In this document: one piece after another, positions 31,402 through 41,130 of the stretch | How positions within the stretch are numbered: the stretch's first letter is position 1 | How the letters are laid out: every line of letters begins with the position of its first letter | Source of the DNA: an uncultured Methylomirabilota bacterium | GTDB taxonomy: Bacteria > Methylomirabilota > Methylomirabilia > Methylomirabilales > 2-02-FULL-66-22 | Assembly: GCA_963705305.1 (NCBI GenBank) | Contig: OY970067.1 | Span: 2,944,001 to 3,008,000, forward strand | DNA length: 64,000 bases | Direction: 5' to 3' | The notes under the pieces: generated by a model | What the model was told of the DNA's origin: nothing | The model's input: only the letters and a program-made list of their open reading frames with translations | The model's database searches: none | Made by a program: the position numbers and the translations under genes

Positions 31402-32250
31402 CTATGAGGCCACCGAGGGGTAGAGCCACCCGGCGAAGGCCACCAGACCGGCCGTCACCCCCAGCAGGACGGCCAGATCGAGCGCCACACCGCCGCTCGT
31501 TCCTCCGGCCAGCATCAGGCTCCGCAGGGCATTCACCTCGTAGCTCAGTGGGTTTGTCCGTGCGATGACCTGCAGCCAAGCCGGCATGATCGAAATGGGA
31601 TAGATGGCGTTGCTGGCAAAGAACAGCGGCATGGTCAGCACCTGCCCGATGCCCATGAACCGCTCGCGTGTCTTGACCACACAGGCGACGATCAGGGAGA
31701 AGGTGGAGAAGCAGGCGGCGCCCAGCAGGACCACCAGCATCACTCCCAGGAGGGCCTGTGGGCTCCAGTTCATCCGCACTCCCAGGAACAGTGCCAAAAT
31801 ATAAACGATTGCGGCCTGGGACAGCCCGCGGATGCCGGCGGACAGAGCCTTGCCCAGGACCAGCGCCGCGCGCGGCGTGGGCGTGGCGAGGAACTTGTGC
31901 ACGATTCCCAGATCCCGCTCCCAGATGATGGCGATGCCGTAGAAGATCGCAATGAACAGCACGCTCTGGGCCAGGATCCCGGGGGCCATAAAGTCGATGT
32001 AGGGCAGGTTCCCGGTCGGAATGGCCCGGACCCGGGTGAACACCTCCCCGAAGATCAACAGCCACAGCGCGGGCTGGATGGCGCGTGTCATCAGCTCGGT
32101 GGGCTCGTGGCGCAGCTTGCGCACCTCCAGCTCGGTGATGACCAGGGTCTTTTCAATGAACCGCCAGATCGCCCGCCAGGAGTTGGCAGGGCTCCACGGC
32201 GCCGGGCTAACCCAGGCGCCGGGCAGTGCGTCGTGTTCTTGAAGTCTCAC
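31402..32250 (-). CDS. ABC-2 type exporter permease (DrrB-like)
   Basis: FMAPGILAQ, WERDLG, NPLSY, multiple TM segments; start approximate. Confidence 0.88.
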   Translation of the reverse strand: MRLQEHDALPGAWVSPAPWSPANSWRAIWRFIEKTLVITELEVRKLRHEPTELMTRAIQPALWLLIFGEVFTRVRAIPTGNLPYIDFMAPGILAQSVLFIAIFYGIAIIWERDLGIVHKFLATPTPRAALVLGKALSAGIRGLSQAAIVYILALFLGVRMNWSPQALLGVMLVVLLGAACFSTFSLIVACVVKTRERFMGIGQVLTMPLFFASNAIYPISIMPAWLQVIARTNPLSYEVNALRSLMLAGGTSGGVALDLAVLLGVTAGLVAFAGWLYPSVAS

Positions 32251-33013
32251 GGAAATTCCCCCCTGCAGCCAGCTCCGCGCCGGCGTAGTGCGCAAAGACC
32301 TGGTCCAACGTGGCGCCATTGCCCCCGATAGACGCCTTGAGCTCGCCCGAGGTGCCCATGGCCGCCACTCTGCCCAGGTGCATCATGGCCAAACGATCAC
32401 ACAGGCGCTCCGCCTCTTCCATGTAGTGCGTGGTCAGGAGGATGGTCATGCCGTACTCGGCGCGCAATTGCTGGATGTGCTCCCACACCGCCCCGCGCGC
32501 CACGGGATCCAGCCCGATCGTCGGCTCATCCAGGAACAGCACGCGTGGCCGGTGCAGCATGGATTGGGCGATCTCCAAGCGCCGGATCATGCCCCCCGAA
32601 TACGTGCGGACAAGCTTGTCCGCCGCGTCCTCCAGCCCCATCGACACCAGGGCATTCTCCACGCGGGTCTGCCGCTCGTGACGCGGAAGATCGTACAGCT
32701 TGGCGAAGACCAGCAGGTTCTCGTAGCCGGTCAAGGTGCCGTCGGCCGAGAGCAGCTGCGGCACGTAGCCGATGGCCCGTCGGACGTCGCGCGCTTGGCG
32801 AACGATATCGAAGCCGGCCACGCTGGCCCTCCCGGCGGTGGGGGTGAGGAGCGTGGTGAGCATCTTGATGGTGGTCGACTTGCCGGCCCCGTTGGCGCCG
32901 AGCAGCCCGAAGATCTCGCCGGCCTGCACGGAAATGGTGAGTCGGTCTACCGCCGTCAGCGCGCCAAAGCGACGCGTGAGTGCTTCTGCGTGAAGGATGT
33001 CCATGGCTTCCAT
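32207..33013 (-). CDS. ABC exporter ATP-binding protein (DrrA-like)
   Basis: GANGAGKST, YSGGM, LFLDEPT, TTHY. Confidence 0.93.
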   Translation of the reverse strand: MEAMDILHAEALTRRFGALTAVDRLTISVQAGEIFGLLGANGAGKSTTIKMLTTLLTPTAGRASVAGFDIVRQARDVRRAIGYVPQLLSADGTLTGYENLLVFAKLYDLPRHERQTRVENALVSMGLEDAADKLVRTYSGGMIRRLEIAQSMLHRPRVLFLDEPTIGLDPVARGAVWEHIQQLRAEYGMTILLTTHYMEEAERLCDRLAMMHLGRVAAMGTSGELKASIGGNGATLDQVFAHYAGAELAAGGNFRETSRTRRTARRLG

Positions 33014-33107
33014 CTGGCCCTTTCACAACGGGTGAGGATCATTCCGGAACAGGCGGCCGAGCACGCATCCGGCGTCAGCCGCAATCCCGCGGAATGGGGG
33101 CCCGCTT

Positions 33108-33584
33108 CTACGAGTCGGTTTCCCTCTCCCGGCCGGCCTGGCCGAGCTTGTCCGAGGCGAAGAGTGGACGCAAGGTCCGCATGGCCTGCACGACGAGAGC
33201 CGGCTCACCCGGCGCCAGCGCGGCCACTCGCTTGGCCAGGTCGGCCTGGGTGGCCGACCAGGCGGCCTGCAGGGTGGTCCGGCCCTGCTTCGTCAATTCC
33301 AGCCTGATACGGCGACGATCGTCCGGGCTGCCCTTCCGGCTGACCAGGCCCCGGCCTACCAGGCCGTCAACCAGCTTGGACGTGGAAGGAGGCGTCAGCC
33401 CGATGTGTTCGGCCACATCGGACAACGAGGCGCCCTCGTGGCGGTTCAGGAAGGTCAAGGTGCGAAACTGCGGCACCGACACGTCAGGTGTGCGATGGCT
33501 GCGCATCTGGCCGCGGATCACGCGCATGATCAACGGCACGACCTCCAGCATCTCGCGGGCGCATTCTTCCGGTGAATTGTTCAT
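33108..33584 (-). CDS. MarR-family transcriptional regulator
   Basis: SVPQFRTL, LVGRGLV, DDRRRIRLELTKQG. Confidence 0.9.
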   Translation of the reverse strand: MNNSPEECAREMLEVVPLIMRVIRGQMRSHRTPDVSVPQFRTLTFLNRHEGASLSDVAEHIGLTPPSTSKLVDGLVGRGLVSRKGSPDDRRRIRLELTKQGRTTLQAAWSATQADLAKRVAALAPGEPALVVQAMRTLRPLFASDKLGQAGRERETDS

Positions 33585-33615
33585 TAGTTTCACTTTCAAA
33601 TAGTGTCACTTTCTA

Positions 33616-33644
33616 ATCATATGTGATCCGGGCTGTCCTGTCAA
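33616..33644 (-). promoter_or_regulatory. Sigma70-type promoter of the marR-ABC operon
   Basis: Minus strand TTGACA (33644-33639)-N17-TATGAT (33621-33616). Confidence 0.75.
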
Positions 33645-33733
33645 GAGGTGGGGTGCTCCCCTAATCTCCGGCTAAGAAGTTGAGGGGGATCGCGAATCAC
33701 GCAGCGGCCCGCAGTGCGCGCGGCCCGCGGGGT

Positions 33734-33749
33734 TGGCATCGGCCTTGCT
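33734..33749 (+). promoter_or_regulatory. Sigma54-type -24/-12 motif upstream of the IS1380 transposase (also at 55918-55933)
   Basis: TGGCATCGGCCTTGCT = GG-N10-GC, 42 nt before the ATG. Confidence 0.5.
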
Positions 33750-33791
33750 TGGTTTCACCCAGTGGGTGCAAACACCACAAGGAGGAGAGCG

Positions 33792-35165
33792 ATGCCCGAC
33801 ACCTCGCCCCGGTTGCCGTTCGAGATCGATGACGCGATCGACCCCACGCTGGTCACGGGCCGGGCCGGGGTCCCGCTCGTGATCGAGCTGTTCCGCCAGC
33901 TCGGGGTGGCCCAGGCCGTCGACACCCACGTTGCGGTCAAGCAGCGGCAGCGCGGATTACCCCCCTCGCAGCTCGTGGAGAGTCTCGTCGCGTTGTGGAC
34001 GAGCGGCGGGGACCGCTGCCAGGACCTCACGACGCTCCGGGAGGATCAGGCCCTGGCCACGCTGCTCGGCTACCCCCTGCCGGCCGCGACCACGGTCCGG
34101 GACTTCCTCGAGGCCTTCCACGTGGAGGACGGGCCGCTCTGGGTGGCCGGGCCCGCGGCCACGGTCCCCCTGGAGTCCGCCCCCTTGGCGGGCCTCGGAC
34201 AGGCGAACCGGACGCTGGTCGCGGGCGTCCAGCGCGGGGCCCGGGCGGCGACGGCCACCCTGGATGTGGACGCGACGCTCGTCGAGAGCCACAAGGACGC
34301 GGCGACCGTGGCCTACGACGGGACCCGGGGCTACCAGCCCGTCGTGGTCCTCTGGGCCGAGCACGATGTCATCGTGCACGACCAGTTCCGCGATGGCCAG
34401 GTGCCCGCCGGGTGCGGCAACGTGCGCGTCCTCGAACAGGCGGTGGCCAACTTGCCCCAGGGCGTGGACCGCATCTCCCTGCGGGCCGACAGCGCCCTCT
34501 ACGAGACGGAGGTCCTCCGCTGGTGCGAGGAGAAGAAAATCGCCTACGCGATTAGCGCCGATATGTCCGCGCAGCTCCAGGCCGAGATCCGGCGCCTCCC
34601 CGCGGCCGCCTGGCAGCTCGAGCGGGAGGAGCCCGAGGCGATCCGGGCCTGGGCCGAAGTCCCCTACGTCCCCGAGGATGGCGATCACCGGAAGGCGCGG
34701 CCGTGCGTTCGCCGCTACCTCGCGGTGCGTATCCAGCGACGCCAGGGGAGCCTCTTCGCCGACGGGAGTAGCGTGCAGTACTTCGCCGTGGTCACCAATC
34801 GGCCGGAGGATGGGCTCACGATCCTCCGGTGGCACCGGGAGAAAGCAGGGACCATCGAGCACACCCATCACGTCCTCAAGACCGAGCTGGCGGCCGCCGC
34901 GCTGCCCAGTGGGAAGTTCGGGGCGAACGCCGCCTGGTTCCGGCTGAACGTGCTCACCTACAACCTGCTCACCGCGCTCAAGCGGTTGACCTTACCCGGA
35001 GATCTCCGGACCGCCCGGCCGAAGCGTCTCCGGTTCCTGCTGTTCAACACCGTCGGGAAGGTCGTCGCGCATGCCCGACGGACGCTCTTGCGGCTCTCGG
35101 GCGCCCTGCAGCACGCCTTGCTCGTCCGGGCGCGGCGCAAGATCGCCCGGCTGGCCACCGCTTAG
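33792..35165 (+). CDS. IS1380-family DDE transposase
   Basis: TLDVDAT, GYQP, LRADSA, IEHTHHVLK, FGANAAW..YNL; AGGAGG RBS; stop lies inside the right IR. Confidence 0.92.
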   Translation: MPDTSPRLPFEIDDAIDPTLVTGRAGVPLVIELFRQLGVAQAVDTHVAVKQRQRGLPPSQLVESLVALWTSGGDRCQDLTTLREDQALATLLGYPLPAATTVRDFLEAFHVEDGPLWVAGPAATVPLESAPLAGLGQANRTLVAGVQRGARAATATLDVDATLVESHKDAATVAYDGTRGYQPVVVLWAEHDVIVHDQFRDGQVPAGCGNVRVLEQAVANLPQGVDRISLRADSALYETEVLRWCEEKKIAYAISADMSAQLQAEIRRLPAAAWQLEREEPEAIRAWAEVPYVPEDGDHRKARPCVRRYLAVRIQRRQGSLFADGSSVQYFAVVTNRPEDGLTILRWHREKAGTIEHTHHVLKTELAAAALPSGKFGANAAWFRLNVLTYNLLTALKRLTLPGDLRTARPKRLRFLLFNTVGKVVAHARRTLLRLSGALQHALLVRARRKIARLATA

Positions 35166-35183
35166 CCGGAGATTAGGGTGCTC

Positions 35184-35333
35184 CCTTAATCTCCGGCTAA
35201 CGTCGCAGGCCGGTAGCGCACATGAGTCGCGCCCGCATTCATGGCTGCGGGGCCGGCTGCCCGCCTCGGACCTGGTCGCACCCGACGGGTGGCGCCCCGT
35301 AGAGGCGATGCACAGGTTAGCCGGAGATTTGGG
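35184..35333. mobile_element. 150-bp MITE with IS1380-like ends
   Basis: Ends CCTTAATCTCCGGCTAAC / GTTAGCCGGAGATTTGGG; flanked by TGCTC at 35179-83 and 35334-38. Confidence 0.85.
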
Positions 35334-35549
35334 TGCTCCTTTGACAAATGCCCCGGGGGGCCGTATACATGGGAAGGCTCAACCGGGCGAATCCCTCCGG
35401 CAACCGCCTGGCGAAGGACGTTGCCGGACGGCAGAAAGCATTGCGAGCGCGGCCACGCGCGCCGCGGTTCCCGGGCGGGATCGGCGATTCGCGGCCGGAG
35501 CGGGCGGTCACAGACGGCAGCGCCAGGGGGCCGCTCGCGGAGAATGCTC

Positions 35550-36059
35550 ATGGCTATCACGGTTGGCGATCGGCTCCCCGACGGGACGCTCTTGGAATGC
35601 ACCGAGTTCGACCCTGCCACGGCGTGCCCGATCAACCCGGCGAGAATCAGTGTCGCAGAGGCGGCCAAGGGCAGGAGGATCGTGATCGTCGGTGTTCCCG
35701 GTGCGTTCACCCCGACGTGCTCGGCCAGGCATCTGCCCGGTTACGTGCGGAACTACGCTATGCTGAAGGCCAAGAAGGTGGACGAGATCTGGTGCGTGGC
35801 GGTCAACGATGCCTTCGTCATGGCGGCCTGGGGCCGCGAGCAGCAGGCCGCGGGAAAGGTCCGCATGCTGGGGGACGGCAGCGCGGCCTGGGCCAGGGCG
35901 CTCGGCCTCGAGCTCGATCTGGCCTCTCGCGGAATGGGGGTGCGGATGCAGCGTTTTTCCATGCTGGTCGAAGACGGCGTGGTCAGGCGGCTCAACGTCG
36001 AGGCCCCCGGCAAGTTCGAGGTCAGCGACGCCGAGAGCATGCTCGATCATCTCGGCTGA
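35550..36059 (+). CDS. Peroxiredoxin, Prx5/redoxin family
   Basis: PGAFTPTCS..HLPGY, VNDAFVM..W, RFSMLVEDG. Confidence 0.93.
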   Translation: MAITVGDRLPDGTLLECTEFDPATACPINPARISVAEAAKGRRIVIVGVPGAFTPTCSARHLPGYVRNYAMLKAKKVDEIWCVAVNDAFVMAAWGREQQAAGKVRMLGDGSAAWARALGLELDLASRGMGVRMQRFSMLVEDGVVRRLNVEAPGKFEVSDAESMLDHLG

Positions 36060-36159
36060 GCCGGAGCAAGGCGATCTTCGCCCGTTTCCGCTTACCCCCG
36101 CGGGCGGGAAGCCGGCTCAGCGGAGGCCGGCACACGCGGGGACGCCGGAGCGAGGGCCG

Positions 36160-37236
36160 TCAGCCGCGGAGGCGGGCCAGCTCGCCGTCGATCACCCGCT
36201 TGAACTCCTCGAACGGCTGGGCCCCTGAAAGTATCTGCCCGTTGATGAAGAAGGCCGGCGTGCCGTCCACCCCCGCCCGCTCGCCGGCCTGCAGATCCTC
36301 CTTGACCCGCGGGGCCATCCGGCCGCTGTCCAGGCACGCGTCGAACTTCGGCCCGTCGAGGCCGATCTGTCGCGCGTCGGCCTTGAGGTCGGCGATGGCC
36401 AGCCGGTCCTGATGGCCGAAGAGCATATCGTGCATCTGCCAGAATTTGCCCTGCTCTCCGGCGCAGCGGGCGGCCTCGGCCGCCTTCTCCGCATGCTCGT
36501 GGATCGAGAGCGGGAAGTCCCTGAAGACCAGCCGAACCTTGTCCCCATATGTCCTCAGCACCCGCTCGATGGTCGGATTGGCCTGGGCACAGAACGGGCA
36601 CTGGAAATCCGAGAACATGACGATCGTCACGGGGGCGTTGGCGGGACCGCGGGCCGGGCCGATCGCCGCCACGTCCACGCGCGGCGGCTCCGGCCGGGGG
36701 AGCGTCACCTCCACCCGGGCCGCGGTGCGGAGGCTTGCCTCATATTCCCGGAGGCGCTGGTCCCGGTTTTGGTCCTGGAGGTACTTGCGCAATCGATCCC
36801 GAATCTGCTCGAAAGGGCCGGGCATCTGCTGGGCGTGGGCCTCGTAGAAGCTCTTGACCTCGGCCTCCGTGACGGCGGGCGTCTTGTCGTCGACCTCGGT
36901 CTTGAGGAGCGCGTCCTCGGACGCGCCGCGACGGCGGGCCTCTGCCCTCAGAAGCATCGTATTGATCATCTCGTCCAGACCGGTCTGGCGGATGGTGTAC
37001 TCTTGCTCCGCCCGCTGCCGCTCGAGCTCCTTGAGCTGTCCCTCCACTGATCGATCCAGCGCTTCCAGGGTGATCGTCTCGCCGCCGACCCGCGCAACGA
37101 CCGTTGGGGGAACGGGTGTCAACGCGGACTGCAAGCCGTTCCCAACATGGGGGTAGGCGCTGCAGCCAACCAGCGCCAGCGCAGCCGCCGCTGCGCCCAG
37201 CAGCGCAACAGGATTCCGTTTCCCTTGCATGGACAT
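36160..37236 (-). CDS. DsbA-like thioredoxin-fold lipoprotein with N-terminal SurA-like helical region
   Basis: Lipobox LVGC, FSDFQCPFC, FRDFPL, GTPAFFING. Confidence 0.88.
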   Translation of the reverse strand: MSMQGKRNPVALLGAAAAALALVGCSAYPHVGNGLQSALTPVPPTVVARVGGETITLEALDRSVEGQLKELERQRAEQEYTIRQTGLDEMINTMLLRAEARRRGASEDALLKTEVDDKTPAVTEAEVKSFYEAHAQQMPGPFEQIRDRLRKYLQDQNRDQRLREYEASLRTAARVEVTLPRPEPPRVDVAAIGPARGPANAPVTIVMFSDFQCPFCAQANPTIERVLRTYGDKVRLVFRDFPLSIHEHAEKAAEAARCAGEQGKFWQMHDMLFGHQDRLAIADLKADARQIGLDGPKFDACLDSGRMAPRVKEDLQAGERAGVDGTPAFFINGQILSGAQPFEEFKRVIDGELARLRG

Positions 37237-37298
37237 TCCCTCGTGGCTCGGTTTCTCTAGCACCGTCTCGGCGGCCGTCCCGCCCAGGCGCCGACCAA

Positions 37299-38183
37299 CT
37301 ACGCCCGCGGGTGGTACTTGTCGTAGACGGCCTTGAGGTGCGCTCGGCTGAGGTGCGTGTAAATCTGGGTGGTGCCGATGTCGGCATGGCCCAGCATCAA
37401 TTGGACCGATCGAAGATCCGCCCCGCCCTCCAAGAGGTGAGTGGCAAAGGAGTGACGCAGCGTGTGGGGGGTCACCGGCTTGGTGATCCCGGCCGTGCGT
37501 GCGGTGCGCTTCAGCAGTTGCCAGAACATCTGGCGGGTGAGGCCGCGGCCGTGCCGGCCCAGAAAGAGATGGGCGCTGGCGCGGGGCCTCTCCAGGGCCG
37601 GACGGCTGCGACGAAGATAGAGGCGAAGGCTCTCGGCCGCGGCGTCCCCCAGGGGAACCAGCCGCTCCTTGCCCCCCTTGCCCACCACGCGGACGATCCC
37701 CGCAGCCAGATCCAGATCCGAGAGGCGGAGGCCCACCAGCTCGGAGACGCGAAGGCCGGAAGCGTACGTCAGCTCCAGCATGGCCCGGTCCCGGATTCCT
37801 TGGGGAGTGGGCGGCATCGGCACCTCCAGGAGGCGCGACACGTCGTCGCTGCTGAGCACGCCGGGCAGGCGCCGCCAGGGCCGCGGGGACTCCAGGTGGG
37901 CGGTTGGGTCCTGGGTCGCGTGCCCCTCGCGCACCATGAAGCGGTGGAACTGTCGGATCGCCGACAGGTGCCGGGTGACGGAGCGCGGACTCAGTCCCGC
38001 CTCGCGAAGCAGCAACAGGTACCGGGGGACCTCCGCTCGGTCCAGAGCCATGGCCTGTTTCCGCCGGGTCCGCAGGTACCCCGTGTACCTCACCAGATCG
38101 CGCCGGTATGCCTCCAGGGTGTTCTGGGCCAGGCCTCGCTCCACCACCAGATGATCCAGGAACGCTTCCAGGCATCGGTCCAC
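37299..38183 (-). CDS. xerD: Tyrosine recombinase XerD
   Basis: RDRAMLELTYASGLRVSEL, GKGGKER, TPHTLRHSFATH, LGHADIGTTQIYTH, YDKYHPRA. Confidence 0.93.
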   Translation of the reverse strand: MDRCLEAFLDHLVVERGLAQNTLEAYRRDLVRYTGYLRTRRKQAMALDRAEVPRYLLLLREAGLSPRSVTRHLSAIRQFHRFMVREGHATQDPTAHLESPRPWRRLPGVLSSDDVSRLLEVPMPPTPQGIRDRAMLELTYASGLRVSELVGLRLSDLDLAAGIVRVVGKGGKERLVPLGDAAAESLRLYLRRSRPALERPRASAHLFLGRHGRGLTRQMFWQLLKRTARTAGITKPVTPHTLRHSFATHLLEGGADLRSVQLMLGHADIGTTQIYTHLSRAHLKAVYDKYHPRA

Positions 38184-38212
38184 AGGCGGTCGCCTCCGTC
38201 CGCAGGGCGCGT

Positions 38213-39376
38213 TCAGACGGGGTGCGGTCCGACGGGCGCCTCGAGGAGCTCGCGATACACGGCCAGCAGCCGCTCGGCGCACCGCTCGGGTGTGAACTCG
38301 GCGGCGACCTGCCGCCCGGCCTCCGACATGGCCTGCCGCCGGTCTGCCTGGCCCCAGAGCGTCACGACGGCCCGGGCAAAGGCGCCCGGATCCTCGGGCG
38401 CCAGCAGACCGCTCCGGCCGTCTCTTAAGAGATCCAGGGCCGCCTCGGAGGTTACGGCCACAACCGGGAGGCCTGCGGCCAGAGCCTCCAGGGCCACCAG
38501 CCCCTGCGTGTCGGACGTGGACGGGAACAAGAACACGTCCGCCGCCAGATAATACCCTGGTATAGCCTCATGAGGAACGCTCCCGACGAACTCTACGGCC
38601 TGTGTCAGGCCGAGATCGGCCGACAGCCGCTCCAGGCGGGAGCGATCATCCCCCTCCCCCACCAGGATCAGACGGGCGGTCGGCACGGCCCGCCGGACCA
38701 GCGCGAAAGCGGCCAGGAGGAACGCCAGGTTCTTCTCGCGGGCCAACCGGCCCACGCAGAGGCAGAGCGGGCTGCCGCCGTCCAGGTGCAAAGCCAGACG
38801 CCGCTCCGTGCGGTTCCCTCTGCCGGCCTGTGCAACGGGGGGCACGCCGGTGGGGAGGATCTCGATCCGGCTCTGAAGCCCCCGCGCCCGGAGATCGCGC
38901 GCCACCGACGGCCCGGGCGCGATGACCAGATCCGCGCGGGCTGCGAAAGCCAGGGCGCGGCGGAGCGCCAGCCGGGCCAGCAGCTGGGTCGGCCCCGGCG
39001 CGTAGTGGGCATACCGATCATAGCGGGTGTGATATGTGAAAACCAGGGGCCGAGCCGCCTGGCGGGCCCATCGGCCTGCCGCCGCTCCGAGGAGGAACGG
39101 GTGCTGGGCGTGGTAGATGTCGAGCCCCAGGCTGCGGACCGCCCTCGCCGTCCCGGGCCAGCGGGGGAACGGGAGCCGGTAGGCATGGTGGGTGGGGGTG
39201 CGACAGGACGGCACCCGCAGCACCGCCATCTCCCGCCGGGGAGCCTGTGGGTAGCGGGGAGCGACCACGATGGCCTCGTGGCCCTTCTGCCGCAGGGCGC
39301 GAGCCGTCGTCTCCACCGAAGTGGCCAGACCGTTGACCAGGGGCCGGTAATTATTGGTGAACAGACCGATCCGCAT
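38213..39376 (-). CDS. GT4-family glycosyltransferase
   Basis: MRIGLFT..Y.P..NG, VGRLAREKN, DTQGLVALEA. Confidence 0.88.
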   Translation of the reverse strand: MRIGLFTNNYRPLVNGLATSVETTARALRQKGHEAIVVAPRYPQAPRREMAVLRVPSCRTPTHHAYRLPFPRWPGTARAVRSLGLDIYHAQHPFLLGAAAGRWARQAARPLVFTYHTRYDRYAHYAPGPTQLLARLALRRALAFAARADLVIAPGPSVARDLRARGLQSRIEILPTGVPPVAQAGRGNRTERRLALHLDGGSPLCLCVGRLAREKNLAFLLAAFALVRRAVPTARLILVGEGDDRSRLERLSADLGLTQAVEFVGSVPHEAIPGYYLAADVFLFPSTSDTQGLVALEALAAGLPVVAVTSEAALDLLRDGRSGLLAPEDPGAFARAVVTLWGQADRRQAMSEAGRQVAAEFTPERCAERLLAVYRELLEAPVGPHPV

Positions 39377-39430
39377 CCGATCCGCGCACGTCCTCCGGTC
39401 CGCCCACCTGCCGATCTGACGGCGTGGAGG

Positions 39431-41116
39431 TCATTTGCGGGTCACCGGCGTGTGGGCGATGGGCAGGCCGAGGGCCAGCTTCATCTGCATATAGAGCTGG
39501 GCCGAGGCCATGAGGAAATAGTTATGCAGATTCATGGGCGAAAAGACCAGGCGGAACCATTCCGCAAACTTCCGCGTCCGCCGCCAGCGCGGCGGGGTCG
39601 GCTGGTAGATGATTGGTTTCAGGGTGTGGGGCACCACCACCATGCCGAGGATCGTGGAGGAGGTCAGCACGATGGTCTGAAAGATGAGGTTGAAGGCGCC
39701 CATGGGGCTGACGCACAGGCTCCGTCCGCCCAGCTTCAGGGCCAGGATGTCCGGGGACAGGAACACGTCCACCGGCCAGAGGTCGCGCACGCACGGGTTG
39801 ATCCAGGAGATCAGGATGAGCTGGGCCGGCAGCAAGACGGTCAGGGGCGGCATGGCGTTGGCCAGGAGCGCCCGAACGGCCTGGAAGGCCTTGCTGCGCA
39901 ACGGTGACATGCGGGAATCCCGAGACTTTCGCCGGTAGCGCGCCACGAACTTGACATCCACGGCGCCGCGCGCCCAGCGGGCGATCTGCCCCCAGGATTC
40001 CCGGCTGGTCAGGGGGGCCTGCCCCCAGGTGGGCATCTTCAAGGGCGCCACGCGGTAGCCCTCCATCACCACCTTGTAGCGGAACTGCATATCCTCGTTG
40101 TGGCGGTTGGGCTCGAAGTAGTCCACGGCACGGAAGTCCCAGAGGTCCATGCTGGTCCCCGGACCCAGGACGAGGTAATCACCCCGGCTCTGCATTTTCC
40201 CCATCTGGTAGAGGACGAAGCCCGTATTGTGCAGACGGGGGAGCATGGGAACCTTCCAGTAGTTCGCCGTGTAGGTCGTCAGGGACTGCAGGACGACCCC
40301 CCGGAGTCCCTGCGCCCGGGCGCGGGCGGCCTCCTCGTGGTGGGTGAACTCGCGGAATCCCAGATCCTGCGGGTGCAAGATCGTGTCGGCGTCGATGATC
40401 AACACCTTGACCCCGCCCGGACCGGCCGAGAATCGGTCCGCTTCGACCTGGTCGGCCAGCCAGCGGCCCGCCGTGGTCACAGAAGTGGCCTTGCACTTCA
40501 CCGGCATCCCGTCCGCGGGGTAAATGAAGGGTGCGACCTGCATGCGACTCGCGAACAGCGGAACGACCTCCTCCAACTTCTCCAACGTCACCCGGTCCTC
40601 CGCCTCGACGATGGGGACCAGCGTCACCAGCGACCTGGGATAGTGCAGCCGCTCCACCGACCGGAAGGTCTGGAACAGGACATGCCGATTGCCCTCGTTC
40701 TTGAGCGGCATGAAGATCGCATAATGGTTAAGCGGAAGGCCCAGCGCATGCAGGCGCCCCAGCCAGTCCACCTCCTGGTTTTGCAGGATGGCCTGGCGGG
40801 TCTTCTGGGCCCGCACCATGCTTACGATCAGGAAGCCGATCCAGAATGAGATGAAGCCGAAGCGGAACAGCTCGGCAGGGAAGGGGTCCCGCAGCAGATA
40901 CCGTAAGAGCGGGTAGACCGATAGGAGGAGGAGCGTGGTCAGGAAAGGCGCCACCTCCAGAAGGCGATCACCGCACCGGTGGAGAAAGGGATCCCGATGT
41001 GTTTGCGAGACTCGGGAGGCAAAAAAAACGGCTCGCCCGCTCTCCTGCTGTCCTGTCGGGCGAGCCATGGTCGAGGAGTCCGAGGCGGCCTCCGCCTCGG
41101 CAAAACTCGCGTCCAT
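39431..41116 (-). CDS. Membrane GT2-family glycosyltransferase
   Basis: PLKNE, DAD, NED, QIARW (QxxRW) and flanking TM helices; start approximate. Confidence 0.75.
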   Translation of the reverse strand: MDASFAEAEAASDSSTMARPTGQQESGRAVFFASRVSQTHRDPFLHRCGDRLLEVAPFLTTLLLLSVYPLLRYLLRDPFPAELFRFGFISFWIGFLIVSMVRAQKTRQAILQNQEVDWLGRLHALGLPLNHYAIFMPLKNEGNRHVLFQTFRSVERLHYPRSLVTLVPIVEAEDRVTLEKLEEVVPLFASRMQVAPFIYPADGMPVKCKATSVTTAGRWLADQVEADRFSAGPGGVKVLIIDADTILHPQDLGFREFTHHEEAARARAQGLRGVVLQSLTTYTANYWKVPMLPRLHNTGFVLYQMGKMQSRGDYLVLGPGTSMDLWDFRAVDYFEPNRHNEDMQFRYKVVMEGYRVAPLKMPTWGQAPLTSRESWGQIARWARGAVDVKFVARYRRKSRDSRMSPLRSKAFQAVRALLANAMPPLTVLLPAQLILISWINPCVRDLWPVDVFLSPDILALKLGGRSLCVSPMGAFNLIFQTIVLTSSTILGMVVVPHTLKPIIYQPTPPRWRRTRKFAEWFRLVFSPMNLHNYFLMASAQLYMQMKLALGLPIAHTPVTRK

Positions 41117-41130
41117 GGCTGAACTCCACA

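Larger units (their letters stand above)
33659..35178 (+). mobile_element. IS1380-family element, copy 1 (1520 bp)
   Basis: Perfect 18-bp IRs CCCTAATCTCCGGCTAAG / CTTAGCCGGAGATTAGGG; 5-bp TSD TGCTC (33654-58, 35179-83). Confidence 0.93.

Noticed and set aside
35184..35333. attC site suggested by GGCTAAC..GTTAGCC
   Set aside because: These are part of longer IRs matching the adjacent IS1380 ends and are flanked by the TSD, so a MITE fits better.
35370..35545. Riboswitch in the peroxiredoxin leader (hairpin TCCGGCAAC..GTTGCCGGA)
   Set aside because: A hairpin is present but there is no full match to riboswitch consensus motifs I know; needs an Rfam scan.
37299..38183. Phage or integron integrase
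   Set aside because: Typical XerD length and C-terminus, no IntI insertion, no att sites or phage genes nearby.
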